From positions 95,170,001-95,234,000 of the forward strand of contig NC_043006.1 in the NCBI RefSeq assembly GCF_006345805.1: a DNA stretch of 64,000 nucleotides, in the 5' to 3' direction. The notes beneath the pieces are model-generated. The model was not told where the DNA came from. It saw nothing but the letters and a program-made list of their open reading frames with translations, and searched no databases. Positions 48,470 to 60,116 of the stretch are shown here, piece by piece (the stretch's first letter is position 1; every line of letters begins with the position of its first letter). Source of the DNA: Octopus sinensis (Eukaryota). A program made the position numbers and the translations under genes.

Positions 48470-48620
48470 CATATAGGGAGGATTCACAAAAAAGCAAATG
48501 ACGAAGACAGGTGGTGTAGATAATAAACATGGATTAGTATAAGGCTCGGGAAGTGAAAAATTCTTTAACGTTTGGAGCCTACGCTCTTCCCCAGAAATAA
48601 ACAAGAAGAGAAAATAAAGA
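48470..48620 (-). mobile_element. pLTR family C with variant HHR motif (48563-48597)
   Basis: Reverse complement ttt CTGGGGA A GAGC GTAG GCTC CAAA CGTT AAAG. Confidence 0.7.
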
Positions 48621-48834
48621 ATGTGTAGTGGCCAGCGGGACTCTCCCGTCGAAGACGACGAATGAGCGTTCATCTTTTTCCAAATGACCTTCACAAATGA
48701 TCTGTTTATACTGATCAAATGTTCATGCTGCACATTAGCTTACTCCCTCCATATCGACATTACCTGAACTGGTTCACGGTGTACCACGTGTCAGGTGTCG
48801 AAGTGACCGCTGACCAACTTGAGATGAAGTATTT

Positions 48835-49052
48835 TAGAAAATTACTATTTCTAAACCTCACAACGAGAGATATTCAGCAACAGTACTTTGTAGTAAGGAT
48901 TGTTTGCCAACATAGTATGGCAGTCCTGGTTTAGGATTAATGTTGCTGTAATTTAGCCCCAGGAGACATCGTGACGATATCTCCTGGGGCTAAATTACAG
49001 CAACATTAGTCCCAAACCAGGACTTTCATGTTATGTTAGCAAACAATCTTTA
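48835..49052. mobile_element. Family-H tail with ~79-bp fold-back (48894-48972 / 48974-49052)
   Basis: Hairpin centred on catcgt-g-acgat. Confidence 0.9.
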
Positions 49053-49550
49053 TTATGAAGTGTTTTGTTCAAGAACGCAATGCACCACCCGGTCTTGGAA
49101 CTGAAATCACTGTCGCAAGATCACGAGTACAGCACCTTAACCACTAGGTTGACCTTTTCTGCACCGTTTCTCTCTACGAAATTCATACACAATGTGTCGG
49201 TCGGCCCAGGGCTGCAGTAAAATATTTCCGCCAGGGTACCAGTCATTGCTTTCGTGAACTCACAGAAGCTGCCTCTAAAGGCGCAAGCATTCGGTGCAGT
49301 GGCACAAAAGAAATTTATTATACAAGTCTGTCAGATTTAAAGAAAGGATTTAGCAGATAATGGTGAGGAATCTATACAACAGCACTTGTATTTAAGCCAG
49401 TGTTTTCACAATTTCATAATGGTGCAGAGACACACGTAAAGCTGAACAACAATGGAAACATGAGAATGGATGACCTATTCTATTCTAACATATTTATGTA
49501 AATTTATGCACACACAGACATATACATACATACATATATACATTATATAT

Positions 49551-49603
<53 letters not shown>

Positions 49604-50344
49604 ATATATATATGTATGTATATGTATATATGTTTGTATGCATGTATGAATGTATATATACGTCCACATATATACCTATGTGTGTAAATTTTTATTAGTA
49701 TGTGCGTATATATATACATGTACGTGTATATATACGTATATACGTATGTGTATACAATTATTTATATATATGTAAATGTATATTTTATACATATATATAT
49801 ACACGCACTGAATAATATAACGCCGCACACATAACACACGTTTGCATACGTGAATACATATATACATATATACATACATACATACATACATACATACATA
49901 AGTACATACATAGAATTACATGTGGCGATTTGGCTTTCGGCATTCGTTCCGGAAACGTTTCATTCTGAGTTCATATCCGTCGGCGGATAGCATTGACTTT
50001 TATCCTTAGTCGATAAAATAAGGTACCATTTTAGTATAAAGTCGACTGTTCTTCGCTTTCGAGTTGCCGCCTCATGTTCGAAGGAATTCTAAGTCAGAAA
50101 CACTTATACGGATTTAAAAGATTATGCATAACAACTGGTCCGAGTCAACACGGTAGGCTCATTGTGGACCGTGTTTCGATTATTACGAATTGTTCTGTGG
50201 TAACACAAGTCAATGAAAAGTTAAAGGTTTTGTTTGGACTTTAAATGGTCGCCCAAGAAAACTTGGGGTCTCGGAGTAAAACGTATGTTTTGTTATTCTT
50301 CTAGTACTATTTTATTTAACGCCTATGATAAACGAGGATAAATT

Positions 50345-50554
50345 TGGAGTAAAGATTGTTTGCCAACATAACATGGTGGCCTTGGTTTAGGTTGAATGTT
50401 TCTGTAATTTAGCCCCAAGTGACATCGTCTCCAGCTGGTTATACGACACGATCTGAGCCCTTATATTTTTGAACAAGGGAATCTAGCACCACTTCTCATC
50501 TCAAACAATATCTGTGTATCACGATTTCCGAGTTATTTCCCTTCATCAGCACAG
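50345..50554 (-). mobile_element. Family-H element, unfolded copy
   Basis: Same tail as 48894 and 62410, continuing past the fold point into an HHR. Confidence 0.75.
50512..50554 (-). ncRNA. Minimal type I hammerhead, canonical core
   Basis: CTGTG CTGATGA A GGG aaataa CTC G GAAA TCGTGA TA CACAG; perfect 5-bp stem I; stem II closing pair imperfect. Confidence 0.7.
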
Positions 50555-51109
50555 AATAATTGTTCGGTTAGAGGTGGCGCGGCCTAATTCCCGTTCGAAA
50601 TATATAGTCCCTGATCTATAATTTAGCAAACTACTATTTTTAAATCTCACAAGGAGAGATATTCGGCCACAGTACTTTGGAGTAAAGATTGTTTACCAAC
50701 ATAACATGGCAGTCCTGTTAGGAAAACAATCTGAGAGATGATTAGAAATGGCTTTAAATCAAGTTCCACGAACAAAAAAGTGTCATTGCGTCACTGCCTC
50801 ATCTTCTCGAAGTAGTAATCTCTCAAATCATATTTTAAGACTTTCAAAATGTTGTTCTTTTGCGAGTCTACGTAGTTAAAAGATTTCATAGCATATGAGA
50901 TGTACTCTTTCTCGAAAAATATCTCAAAAATTCATTCTGGGTTCTATGTGCGATGTTGGGCCCTTCATAAGCTAATGTCACTGGCTTTTCATACACACGT
51001 GCGTCATATATGCCATTAAATACTGTGATTCTGGGCAAATTTTCCCCTCGCGTATCAATAAGAACACATAAGGAAATCTAATTTCAGCTACATAATATGA
51101 AATATGATT

Positions 51110-51590
51110 AATCTCTAACTTCTTTCAGTCATTTAGATTGCGGTCATGCTGGGGCAGCTCCTTGAAAAATTTTAGTCGAACAATCGACCCCAGTACTATG
51201 TTTTTAAAGCCTGGTACTTATTCTATAGTTCTCAGTTTCTGAACCGTTAAGTTACGGAAATGTATACACACCAGAACACCGGTTGTCCAACAATGGAGGG
51301 GAACAAACACGCGTACGCACACATGCACACACACATACACGCACACACACACACAAACACACACATGCACGCACACAAACACACACACACATGCATACAT
51401 ATATATTTGTATATATTCATACGACGGGGCTTTTTTCAGTTTCCTTTTACCAAATTCATTAAGAAGGATTTGGTTGACCTAAGGTTATAGTAGAAGCTAT
51501 TTACCCAAGTTGTCTCACAGTGAGACCGAACCCAAAATCATGTAGTTAGGAAGCAAACTCCCTACCACACAGCCACGCCTGTGCCTACAT
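51110..51590 (-). mobile_element. Main-family SINE, near full length
   Basis: Reverse complement begins gtaggcacaggcgtggctgtgtggtagg. Confidence 0.85.
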
Positions 51591-52303
51591 AGCAACATCT
51601 CCGCCTGATATGATGACAACCGAAACATTTGTACCAGTGTCCTGTATCAATCAAAACTTAGAGCTAAGCAACACTAACAATTATCCCAGCAAGCAACATT
51701 GCATCAGCAACTCAACCGTATCGATACTGTGAATGGTGCTGGCGAGACGCCAAAGGCAGGGACACAAACATCCAGTCGTGCTTCTCCAGGTGAAAACCAT
51801 TAAAAATTAACAAAGCGGTTAAATCGATTGATTTGTTCATGCTTTCCGTTTTTCATTCCTCTATTGTTTACAAATTAAGGACTATCATTGTGTCTGTGTT
51901 TATTGGTTTCGTATAATAGCGTATAAAACCTGTGTTGAGAACATAAGTTAACAACTCGATAAATATCGATCGATAAATTTAGTAGAACACAGGCATAAAT
52001 ACAGGGATCGATAAGATCAATCATAAATGAAATAAACATAATCTCTTCTGGTTTTGTCTCCAAAAAATTCAGAGTTTGATCACTGAGTGGAAGATTAAAT
52101 GAAGTTGTGTATACGATGTGGATTATCTTTTACTTATTTCATTGCGGCCATGCTAGAGCATTGCCTCGAAGCATTTTTAGTCTCTTAGACCGGACCGCTA
52201 TGTTATGTGGACATCAAGAGGTGGAAGGAACAGAAACAAACACATACAAATATACATTTGTGTATGAGTGCGTGTATGTGTGTGTATGTGTGCATGTATG
52301 TAA

Positions 52304-52336
<33 letters not shown>

Positions 52337-52368
52337 CTTTATTTAAAGAAGCAGATAATTCAAAAAAC

Positions 52369-52406
52369 CTGTTACTCTGAGTTTCACGTTCCCGTTCGTC
52401 GGACAG
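52369..52406 (-). ncRNA. Minimal hammerhead, U4C variant (38 nt)
   Basis: CTGT CCGACGA ACG GGAA CGT GAAA CTC A GAG TA ACAG; GNRA loop II, GUA site. Confidence 0.75.
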
Positions 52407-52417
52407 TTTTGCAAAGA

Positions 52418-52457
52418 CTGTCCGACGAACGGGAACGGTGAAAACTCAGAGTAACAG
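52418..52457 (+). ncRNA. Minimal hammerhead, U4C variant (partner arm, two 1-nt insertions)
   Basis: CTGT CCGACGA ACGGGAACGGT GAAA ACTCAGAG TA ACAG. Confidence 0.65.
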
Positions 52458-52593
52458 GTTTTGTTGAATTTTCTGCTGCTTTAAATAAAGCATATTACTC
52501 TACCACTGGTATTTGAGTACTCTCTTTTTCCACCTTGTTTCACATTTATGTGTTTTCCGGTATATAATATATATAATATATATATATATATAT

Positions 52594-52641
<48 letters not shown>

Positions 52642-53178
52642 TAAATAGATAGATGGATAGATAGATAGATAGATAGATAATTAGATAGACAGATAGGAAG
52701 TGGAGAAATATCGATGAACAAGAATTGACTTACATCAATTATTATTTTTTAATTTAATACAAATGGACAGCAACCCATCTAACAGCTGTTTCTGCTTCCA
52801 GTGCTATATGGTATTGGCATTGAAAATCCTAAAAATAATATTCATTATATTTGGGAGTACATCCGATCTGGAAACAGGGAGCTTCATCAAATTGAAGAAA
52901 AATATATAAAAGAAAAGAAAAGAGAAGAAATGAAGAAGGGCCTAAAGAGGAAAATGAAAAGCTTAATATATTTAAATCAAACGATTTTGATTATGTGTCG
53001 GTTTGGGACGTTGAGTAAATGACTAAAATTAAGATAATAATTTTTGGTGGGGTGCAATAAAATAGATAAGTAATCAAGAAGTAAAAATAAAAAAAATTAC
53101 AGTAACCAGATACGCTAATAGGTTTAGACAAAGAAAGAGTGAGAGTGGTATAACTCTTCAAAGTAATCATTAACATAT

Positions 53179-53209
<31 letters not shown>

Positions 53210-53210
53210 C

Positions 53211-53243
<33 letters not shown>

Positions 53244-53258
53244 AGTATATATATGTGT

Positions 53259-53292
<34 letters not shown>

Positions 53293-53714
53293 ATATAATA
53301 TGGCCTGCTCGCTTAGCCAGCGGGGTGGCATCATTCGAAGGCTAAAACAATGCGAACGCATTGTGACCAGCAATGTGTAGCAACATCTGATGGTCTGGTC
53401 AGTCACGTGATTACGTGATATATATATATACGACAGGCTTTCATGTAGTGTCCCTTTATCACATTGACTCACATTGCATTGATCGGATATATGCGTAGAA
53501 CAGTCTAGCCCAAGGTGTCGGACACTGGGATTGAACCGGAGTCTACATGGTAACTAAGAGGTCTTTTTTAACCACGCAACCATGAGAAGACAAGCCAAGC
53601 CTATTTCATTAAATCACTTCCGGTGATTTACTTTTATTGATGCTAATGTTTAATCCCAGGTCAGCCCACGTTGAGTTGATTTATGCTTACTGACGTACAA
53701 ACCGTTATTGGCGA

Positions 53715-53920
53715 TGAGCTGGCTGAATCGTTAGCACGCTGGACGAAATGCTTAGTGGTATTTCGACCATCGCTACATTCTAGGTTCAAATTCAACAAAG
53801 GTCGACTTTGCATTTATTCCGTTCGGCGTTGATAAATTAAATACCAGTTGTGTACTGGGATCGATCTAATCGGCTAGTCCCACAAATTTGCGCCCCTGTG
53901 CCTCCAGTAGAAACGATTCT
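53715..53920 (+). mobile_element. Second SINE family copy
   Basis: gagctggctgaatcgttagc...gtcgactttgc..gttgataaattaaatacc. Confidence 0.75.
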
Positions 53921-55329
53921 CGCACCGTCTTATTTTCCGACATAATATTTTTATATTTATTTATTTATTTATTTTTTGAGTATAGGTTGGAATTTTCCTG
54001 CAATTCGTAGAAGATGGAGTTACATTTGGGAAATGTCTACTAGTAGCTGTGTTAATATTTATACTACTAGTAAAGTTTGAATCTAGGCATGGTTATTTGT
54101 CCACATTCCCTGCGCAATCATAAATGTACTAGGTTCGCATTCCCAGTTTCCACCTTCGGCTAGTGAATTAAACATGGCTCTGAGCCAAGCTAAGCCTTGA
54201 GAGTGAGATTAAATACGTGGAGAAAGGAAACTATGCGGAAGCTTGTTGGTTAGACTGTACTCATAATTCAAAAGTACAGTTTTGTTCCTCATTGAGGTCA
54301 TGCTGGATCTGTAGGAAAATTACCTTCAAGGCGCACGTTTCAATGTGATACGCAGCAGTTTATATTTCATGTAAACTCGAGGGAAACCTGGAAGCTCACC
54401 GTCAAGACCGACGGAGGATCATTTAGGCATAACATTATATAACATTATTTACTATTTTTGTCGTTGTTAACTAATTTTCTTTACTATTCTCTTTTATTTA
54501 TTTCCCTTCATGTTTGTAAACGTACGATTTAGCGTTAGCTTTGTTATAACAACTCTCTCTGCTCTTCCTTTAATCGTTGGCGTCGGTTTCGTTTATCTAA
54601 TAATTCTCCCCCTCTTACCCCCCCCCCTGTTACAGTCGTCGTTCTCAATTTTCTGTTCTTCGTGTTTTCATTCTGTCTTTTAGTCTTTCGGCATCCATTC
54701 AAATCCAGTTTTGCACTCATCAAAAGATTGTGTTTTCCTTTATTGTTGTATCTCTTGAATTTTTCCTTAGTTCTTCAAAACATTTTCAGTTTTGTACTGA
54801 TCCACTCACTCACATATTTCACGGATCCTTTCGTTCTTTAAAAAGTTTCGCTTTCAACATAATTCATTTTCTTAATGTTGTTTTATTTTTTAAATGTTGT
54901 TTCTTTCTTTTGTTATGTGCGTTTGCGTGATTCTACTTCATCCCAAGGTCACTGATGGGAATGACCGCATGAGAGCGGGACTCAAGAGGTTTACGGATGA
55001 AAAAGATTATCAAGAAACAAAACAAAAGCAGCAAAAAAAAAAGACAATAGAAAATAACCGATTCAAAACTCAGAAAGAAGGAATAAAGTCAAAAATTAAA
55101 GCGATCAAAAATATAAAGAACAAACGAAAAAATATTAAGAACATGAGAGTTTTGATGAAGATGATAATGATGATGAGGAGGAGGAAGAGAAGGAGGACGA
55201 TGACGACGACAACGATGATGACAACAACTACAACTACTACTACTACTACTAAAACAATAACATCAACAACAACAATAATATTCATAATATACAAGAAAAT
55301 GTGGGGAATGATTGAGGTGTGATCCTCCT

Positions 55330-55610
55330 GATACAAGATGACCTCTAGGGATAATGGAGGTACCCCCACTCTCCAAGATTTCCCTAAACACCCCGGTCGG
55401 TCAAGTGCCCTCTCCAATTCCTTTTCTCCGACTCATAGGTACTAACCACTCTTGCCATTTCCGCAACTTTCACCCACCATTCAATAAATTCATTTGAGGA
55501 CAGCGCTTGTCTCTCCACCTTCAGTTTCCTTGAAAATATATCACATGGGACACCGTTTTGACAAACTACCGTCCTCTCTGCTCCTTTAACCATTAAGTAC
55601 AATCACTGCT
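55330..55610 (-). pseudogene. 3' end of an L1/Tx1-like ORF2 plus 3' UTR
   Basis: RKLKVERQALSSNEFIEWWVKVAEMARV resembles the ORF2 C-terminus of such elements (recognition from memory). Confidence 0.5.
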
Positions 55611-55654
55611 CATGTATATATGTACATACATACATACATACATACATACATACA

Positions 55655-55685
<31 letters not shown>

Positions 55686-55749
55686 GTGTGCATATGTGTA
55701 TACATATGTATGGTCCAGCATTTGCCATGATTGATCGCTATCCACTAAA

Positions 55750-55940
55750 ACATTTTTATTTTCTCTCCCTATTTATTTCTGCGTTCCTTTCTGTTGAAGA
55801 GCGTAGGCTCGAAACATAAAAGACATTCTCACCTTCCCGAGCGTTAATCTAATACATCTGTACCTTGTTAATACACCTGTCTTCGTCTTTTGTTTTGTTT
55901 GTTTCTTTTTTCTTTTTTTTTTGTAAATTCCGACTAAATA
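55750..55940 (+). mobile_element. pLTR family C with variant HHR motif (55787-55822)
   Basis: CTTT CTGTTGA A GAGC GTAG GCTC GAAA CA TA AAAG. Confidence 0.75.
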
Positions 55941-56708
55941 TATGTATGTATACACACACACTCAAACGCGCGCACACACACACACACACGCACACATACA
56001 CACACACACGCACACACACACACACACACACACAAACAAGCACACAAGCACATATACGTCCATACATGTATTCCTATGTACATTGTATGCATCGTGATTG
56101 GTAAATCTTCACACAAGATTTCCCTCTCCTTGTGCTTCCGCGTAGTCAATGCCACTTTTGACTTCCCATCCATGATCCCTGTGATGACAACACGGCTTCG
56201 TTGCAGATCTCCGTAGTTTGAAGCAGAGGTAACAGAGGAAGGGTGTAACTTACGATGCGCTTCCTACAGTTGTGGCCTGCACATGCAGCCCACTTACATT
56301 GCCATGGGACTTTGAGGAGATGGGATGAGAAATGAGGAGACCATCATTGGAATATAGTAATAAACACTTGCGCAACACGATTGTCACTCTCTGATGAGTC
56401 ACTGCCTTTAGTTCCTCGTAACAGACGGAAGCGAGATGACCAGTAACCAAGGAGAACTTCAAGTTTTATATCGGAGGAGAGGAACACATACATAAATGGT
56501 TTGTATGCATATATTTGTGTATTCAAAGGGAGAAAAACACACACCCATATACTACACGTATATATATATATGTATATTAGATATAGAGTAAAAAGTTATT
56601 TATTTAATAATTAACAAATTTCATCAAGTAGCTTCGAGAAGCTGCAAGAAACCTGCAGTTAAAAGAACTGGCTGTTTTGACTGCTATTTCTAAATTTTAA
56701 ACCCTTAA

Positions 56709-56774
<66 letters not shown>

Positions 56775-56828
56775 GCGAATGGAAGAAATGGAGTTGAACG
56801 AAGATTGTACAGAATTCCTTTTATTACA

Positions 56829-56910
56829 TTCTACACATGTTTCAAATGCCACAATTTTCTAAATTCTGATTAAATAAGGATACCATATTGCAGCTTTCTC
56901 TTCAGGAAAA
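56829..56910 (-). ncRNA. Family-B hammerhead (left arm)
   Basis: TTC CTGAAGA G AAAGCTGCAA...TTGTGGCATTT GAAA CATGTG TA GAA. Confidence 0.8.
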
Positions 56911-57114
56911 AGCAGGAATTACGTGGACAGAACAAAACAAAACAGAGGCGCAGCAAAGCAATTCGAACGAGGACGCTTCTTAAGAGCCCATGGTTAAACT
57001 GTTTATCAATGTACTTTGATAAACAGTTTAACCATGGGCTCTTAAGGAGCGTCCTCGTTCGAATTGATTTGTTGCGCCTCTGTTTTGTTTTTTTCTGACA
57101 ACGTAATTCCTGGT

Positions 57115-57197
57115 TTTTCCTGAAGAGAAAGCTGCAATATGGTATCCTTATTTAATCAGAATTTGGGAAATTGTGGCCTTTGAAACATGTGTAGAAT
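57115..57197 (+). ncRNA. Family-B hammerhead (right arm)
   Basis: TTC CTGAAGA G AAAGCTGCAA...TTGTGGCCTTT GAAA CATGTG TA GAA. Confidence 0.8.
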
Positions 57198-57470
57198 GTA
57201 ATAAAAGGAATTCTGTACAATCTTCGTTCAACTCCATTTCTTCCATTCACTAATTATATTAAACTTCAATTATCCGCACCAACGCACGGTTGCAACACCA
57301 AATGGTCTTATCTCCAACCGTGTTTTCTTCTGCTGTGATTTTTGCTACCCAGGTATCGGTTAAACTTTTGAATAATCTGTAACAAGAAAATTCATCTTTC
57401 CATTTCAACAAATATATATATATATATATATAAGAAAAAGGTTTTAAAATGCAATTTAAACGATGTTTAT

Positions 57471-57515
57471 TTACTTAACCGGTTTCACTCTTTGGTAAAA
57501 GATTGTCAAAAATAA
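57471..57515 (-). ncRNA. Hammerhead motif, U3-A8 variant (decayed partner at 61682-61725, plus strand)
   Basis: TTATTT TTGACAA TCTTT tacc AAAGA GT GAAA CCGG TT AAGTAA; 6-bp stem I, palindromic ACCGGT. Confidence 0.6.
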
Positions 57516-59055
57516 CATTGAATATTATGGGTTCAAAAAAGTTTTTTACATAATTGTCACATTGAATATTATGAATTCAAAAATGTTTTTTTATACATAA
57601 TTGTCACATTACATGTATAAATATAGTATAAAAAAGTTCAATAGTGTGATGAGAATATTTGGAAAAATTGGCAGAAAAGAATAAAACAAATATATTATTG
57701 GAAATTTGGTTGCGTTAATTATTGGTTGTCGCAAATTGTCACATTACATGTATATATATACAGTCTTTGGTAGAAAGGACATGTTAAAGACATAAGGAAG
57801 TGTAATAGTTTGGTGAGAAAGCTTGTAATATTGACAGAGAAAATTAAAATGGATATTTTAGACATCTCAGAATATTTTGAATCGAAGGCGAGAATTTGTT
57901 TTTTACTGACCTGTTTGTTTTAGCAGAAAAGTTGAATTGAGAGAAAAAAAGATATGTACCCAGTTTGGTTTATACTTCCCCTTCAAGCATCAGTGATTTT
58001 GGGGTTATTGGGAGGTGAGTATGCGGGTGTGAATAGATGTGTCCGTGTGCCTGCTGATCAGACAGCGTCTGTTTGTCACACACATATATACACACACACA
58101 CAACAACAATACACACACACACATAGTATACACACACACACCACATACACACAACACACACACACACAACGCACCCGCATATATAATATATACACACAGC
58201 ACACAAATATAACATGTATTTATATATAATATACACACATATATAACACATACACACACAACACACACACACACACACACACCACACAACACACGCACAC
58301 ATATATACATAATATAAATATCACACAAATACACCTAGCATATATATACACATACAATACACATACACAGCATGTATATAATACACATACACATATATGC
58401 ATGCAATATACATACGCAATACATACATATAAATATTATATATATAGACAATGCATATACATATATACATATAAATAGTGTTTACATACACATACATAGA
58501 TATACCACATATACACACAATATACATACATACAATGCATACACATACACGTACGCATACATATAATATATATAGACACACACACACATAACATACATAC
58601 ACAATGCATACATATATATACACGCAACGTATATACATGTATTCATGTATATATAGCACACTTACAATATACATATATATACAATGCACACATACACACA
58701 TATATACACTTAATTGTACACATACATATACAATACACATACATACAATATACATATACACAATGCGCATGCAAATAATGCACATGTTTATACACACATA
58801 TACATGAAAATATATATACACACACACACATACACACACACATATATATATACACACACATATATATATATTATATATATAACATATACATACATACATT
58901 ACATGCACATACATATATTTTTTCACACACACACAACCCACACACACACAAAATACAAACCTATAGCGTACACACTCAAATATATCTCTACATACCGCAC
59001 ACACACACAAACAATGTACTCACATATACACACATACCATGCATATACACACACA

Positions 59056-59099
<44 letters not shown>

Positions 59100-59378
59100 A
59101 CAAATACACATGTAAATACATACACACGTACACAATGCTCACACACACACACACACATACACACACAGACACACACACACACACACATACATATACACAC
59201 GCGCACACACACACACACAACGTGCACACTCACACACACACACACAACACTCACACACATACATAACCTACATATATATAATGCATGCGTGTGCGTGCCA
59301 CGAATGTGTGCGGTCAATGCCCGCTAGTGTGTCCTATGCGTGCCGATGCGCGCATGTGCCCGCCCGCACGATATGCAA

Positions 59379-59760
59379 TTGCAAGACCTGCATCCACCTC
59401 ATTGAGGGATCGTCGTACAAGTTCCACTCGGGACACACATTCATCATAAAAAATAATTTCACGTGCGCATCAAAAAATTTACTCTACGTCATAAGGTGTG
59501 AAGGATGCCACGAAGACTACATAGGGCAAACGAGCCTTACCCTCAGAGAAAGAATGACAGTTCACCGACAACAACTGAGGGACCCCTCCACAAGACAGAT
59601 ACCACTAAGTGGACACTTAGACCTTTGTGCACACAATAAGTCCCCCAAATTCTTAGTCTTCCCACTATACCAATGCTCGGACAACACCACAGACCAAACG
59701 AATAAATAAGGAAAGTAATCTTATTCAAAAATACAGACCACATTAAACATACTCTAACAT
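59379..59760 (+). pseudogene. PLE GIY-YIG endonuclease fragment
   Basis: CKTC..NFTCASKNLLYVIRCEGCHEDYIGQTSLTLRERMTVHRQQLRD..PLSGHLDLC..FLVFPLYQ; disrupted near 59700. Confidence 0.9.
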
Positions 59761-59998
59761 ACCCCCTGGGCACATCCAGAGCAGGCACACAGGGGCACGC
59801 GCACACTCACAGCATATAGTGCGGGCGGGCACATGCGCGCATCGGCACGCATAGGACACACTAGCGGGCATTGACCGCACACATTCGTGGCACGCACACG
59901 CATGCATTATATATATGTAGGTTATGTATGTGTGTGAGTGTTGTGTGTGTGTGTGAGTGTGCACGTTGTGTGTGTGTATGTGCGCGTGTGTATATGTA

Positions 59999-60030
<32 letters not shown>

Positions 60031-60085
60031 TGTGTGTGTGTGAGCATTGTGTACGTGTGTATGTATTTACATGTGTATTTGTCTT

Positions 60086-60116
<31 letters not shown>

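Larger units (their letters stand above)
52337..52560. mobile_element. Family-F pLTR palindrome (arms 52337-52410 / 52413-52490)
   Basis: ~75-bp arms with almost no spacer; (TA)n on both sides. Confidence 0.9.
56770..57415. mobile_element. ORF-less family-B pLTR palindrome (240-bp arms 56770-57009 / 57016-57255; right tail extends to 57415)
   Basis: Highly similar arms, 6-nt loop tgtact, (TA)n at both ends. Confidence 0.92.

Noticed and set aside
1680-53590. tRNA-like A/B boxes as tRNA genes
   Set aside because: They are SINE heads that continue into shared non-tRNA bodies and tails, with no complete cloverleaf.
54894-55322. 142-aa Lys/Met/Thr-rich ORF
   Set aside because: Built from A-rich and trinucleotide low-complexity sequence.
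56388-56445. CTGATGAGTC...GACGGAA hammerhead look-alike
   Set aside because: GGAA instead of GAAA, and no stem I, stem III or UH site.
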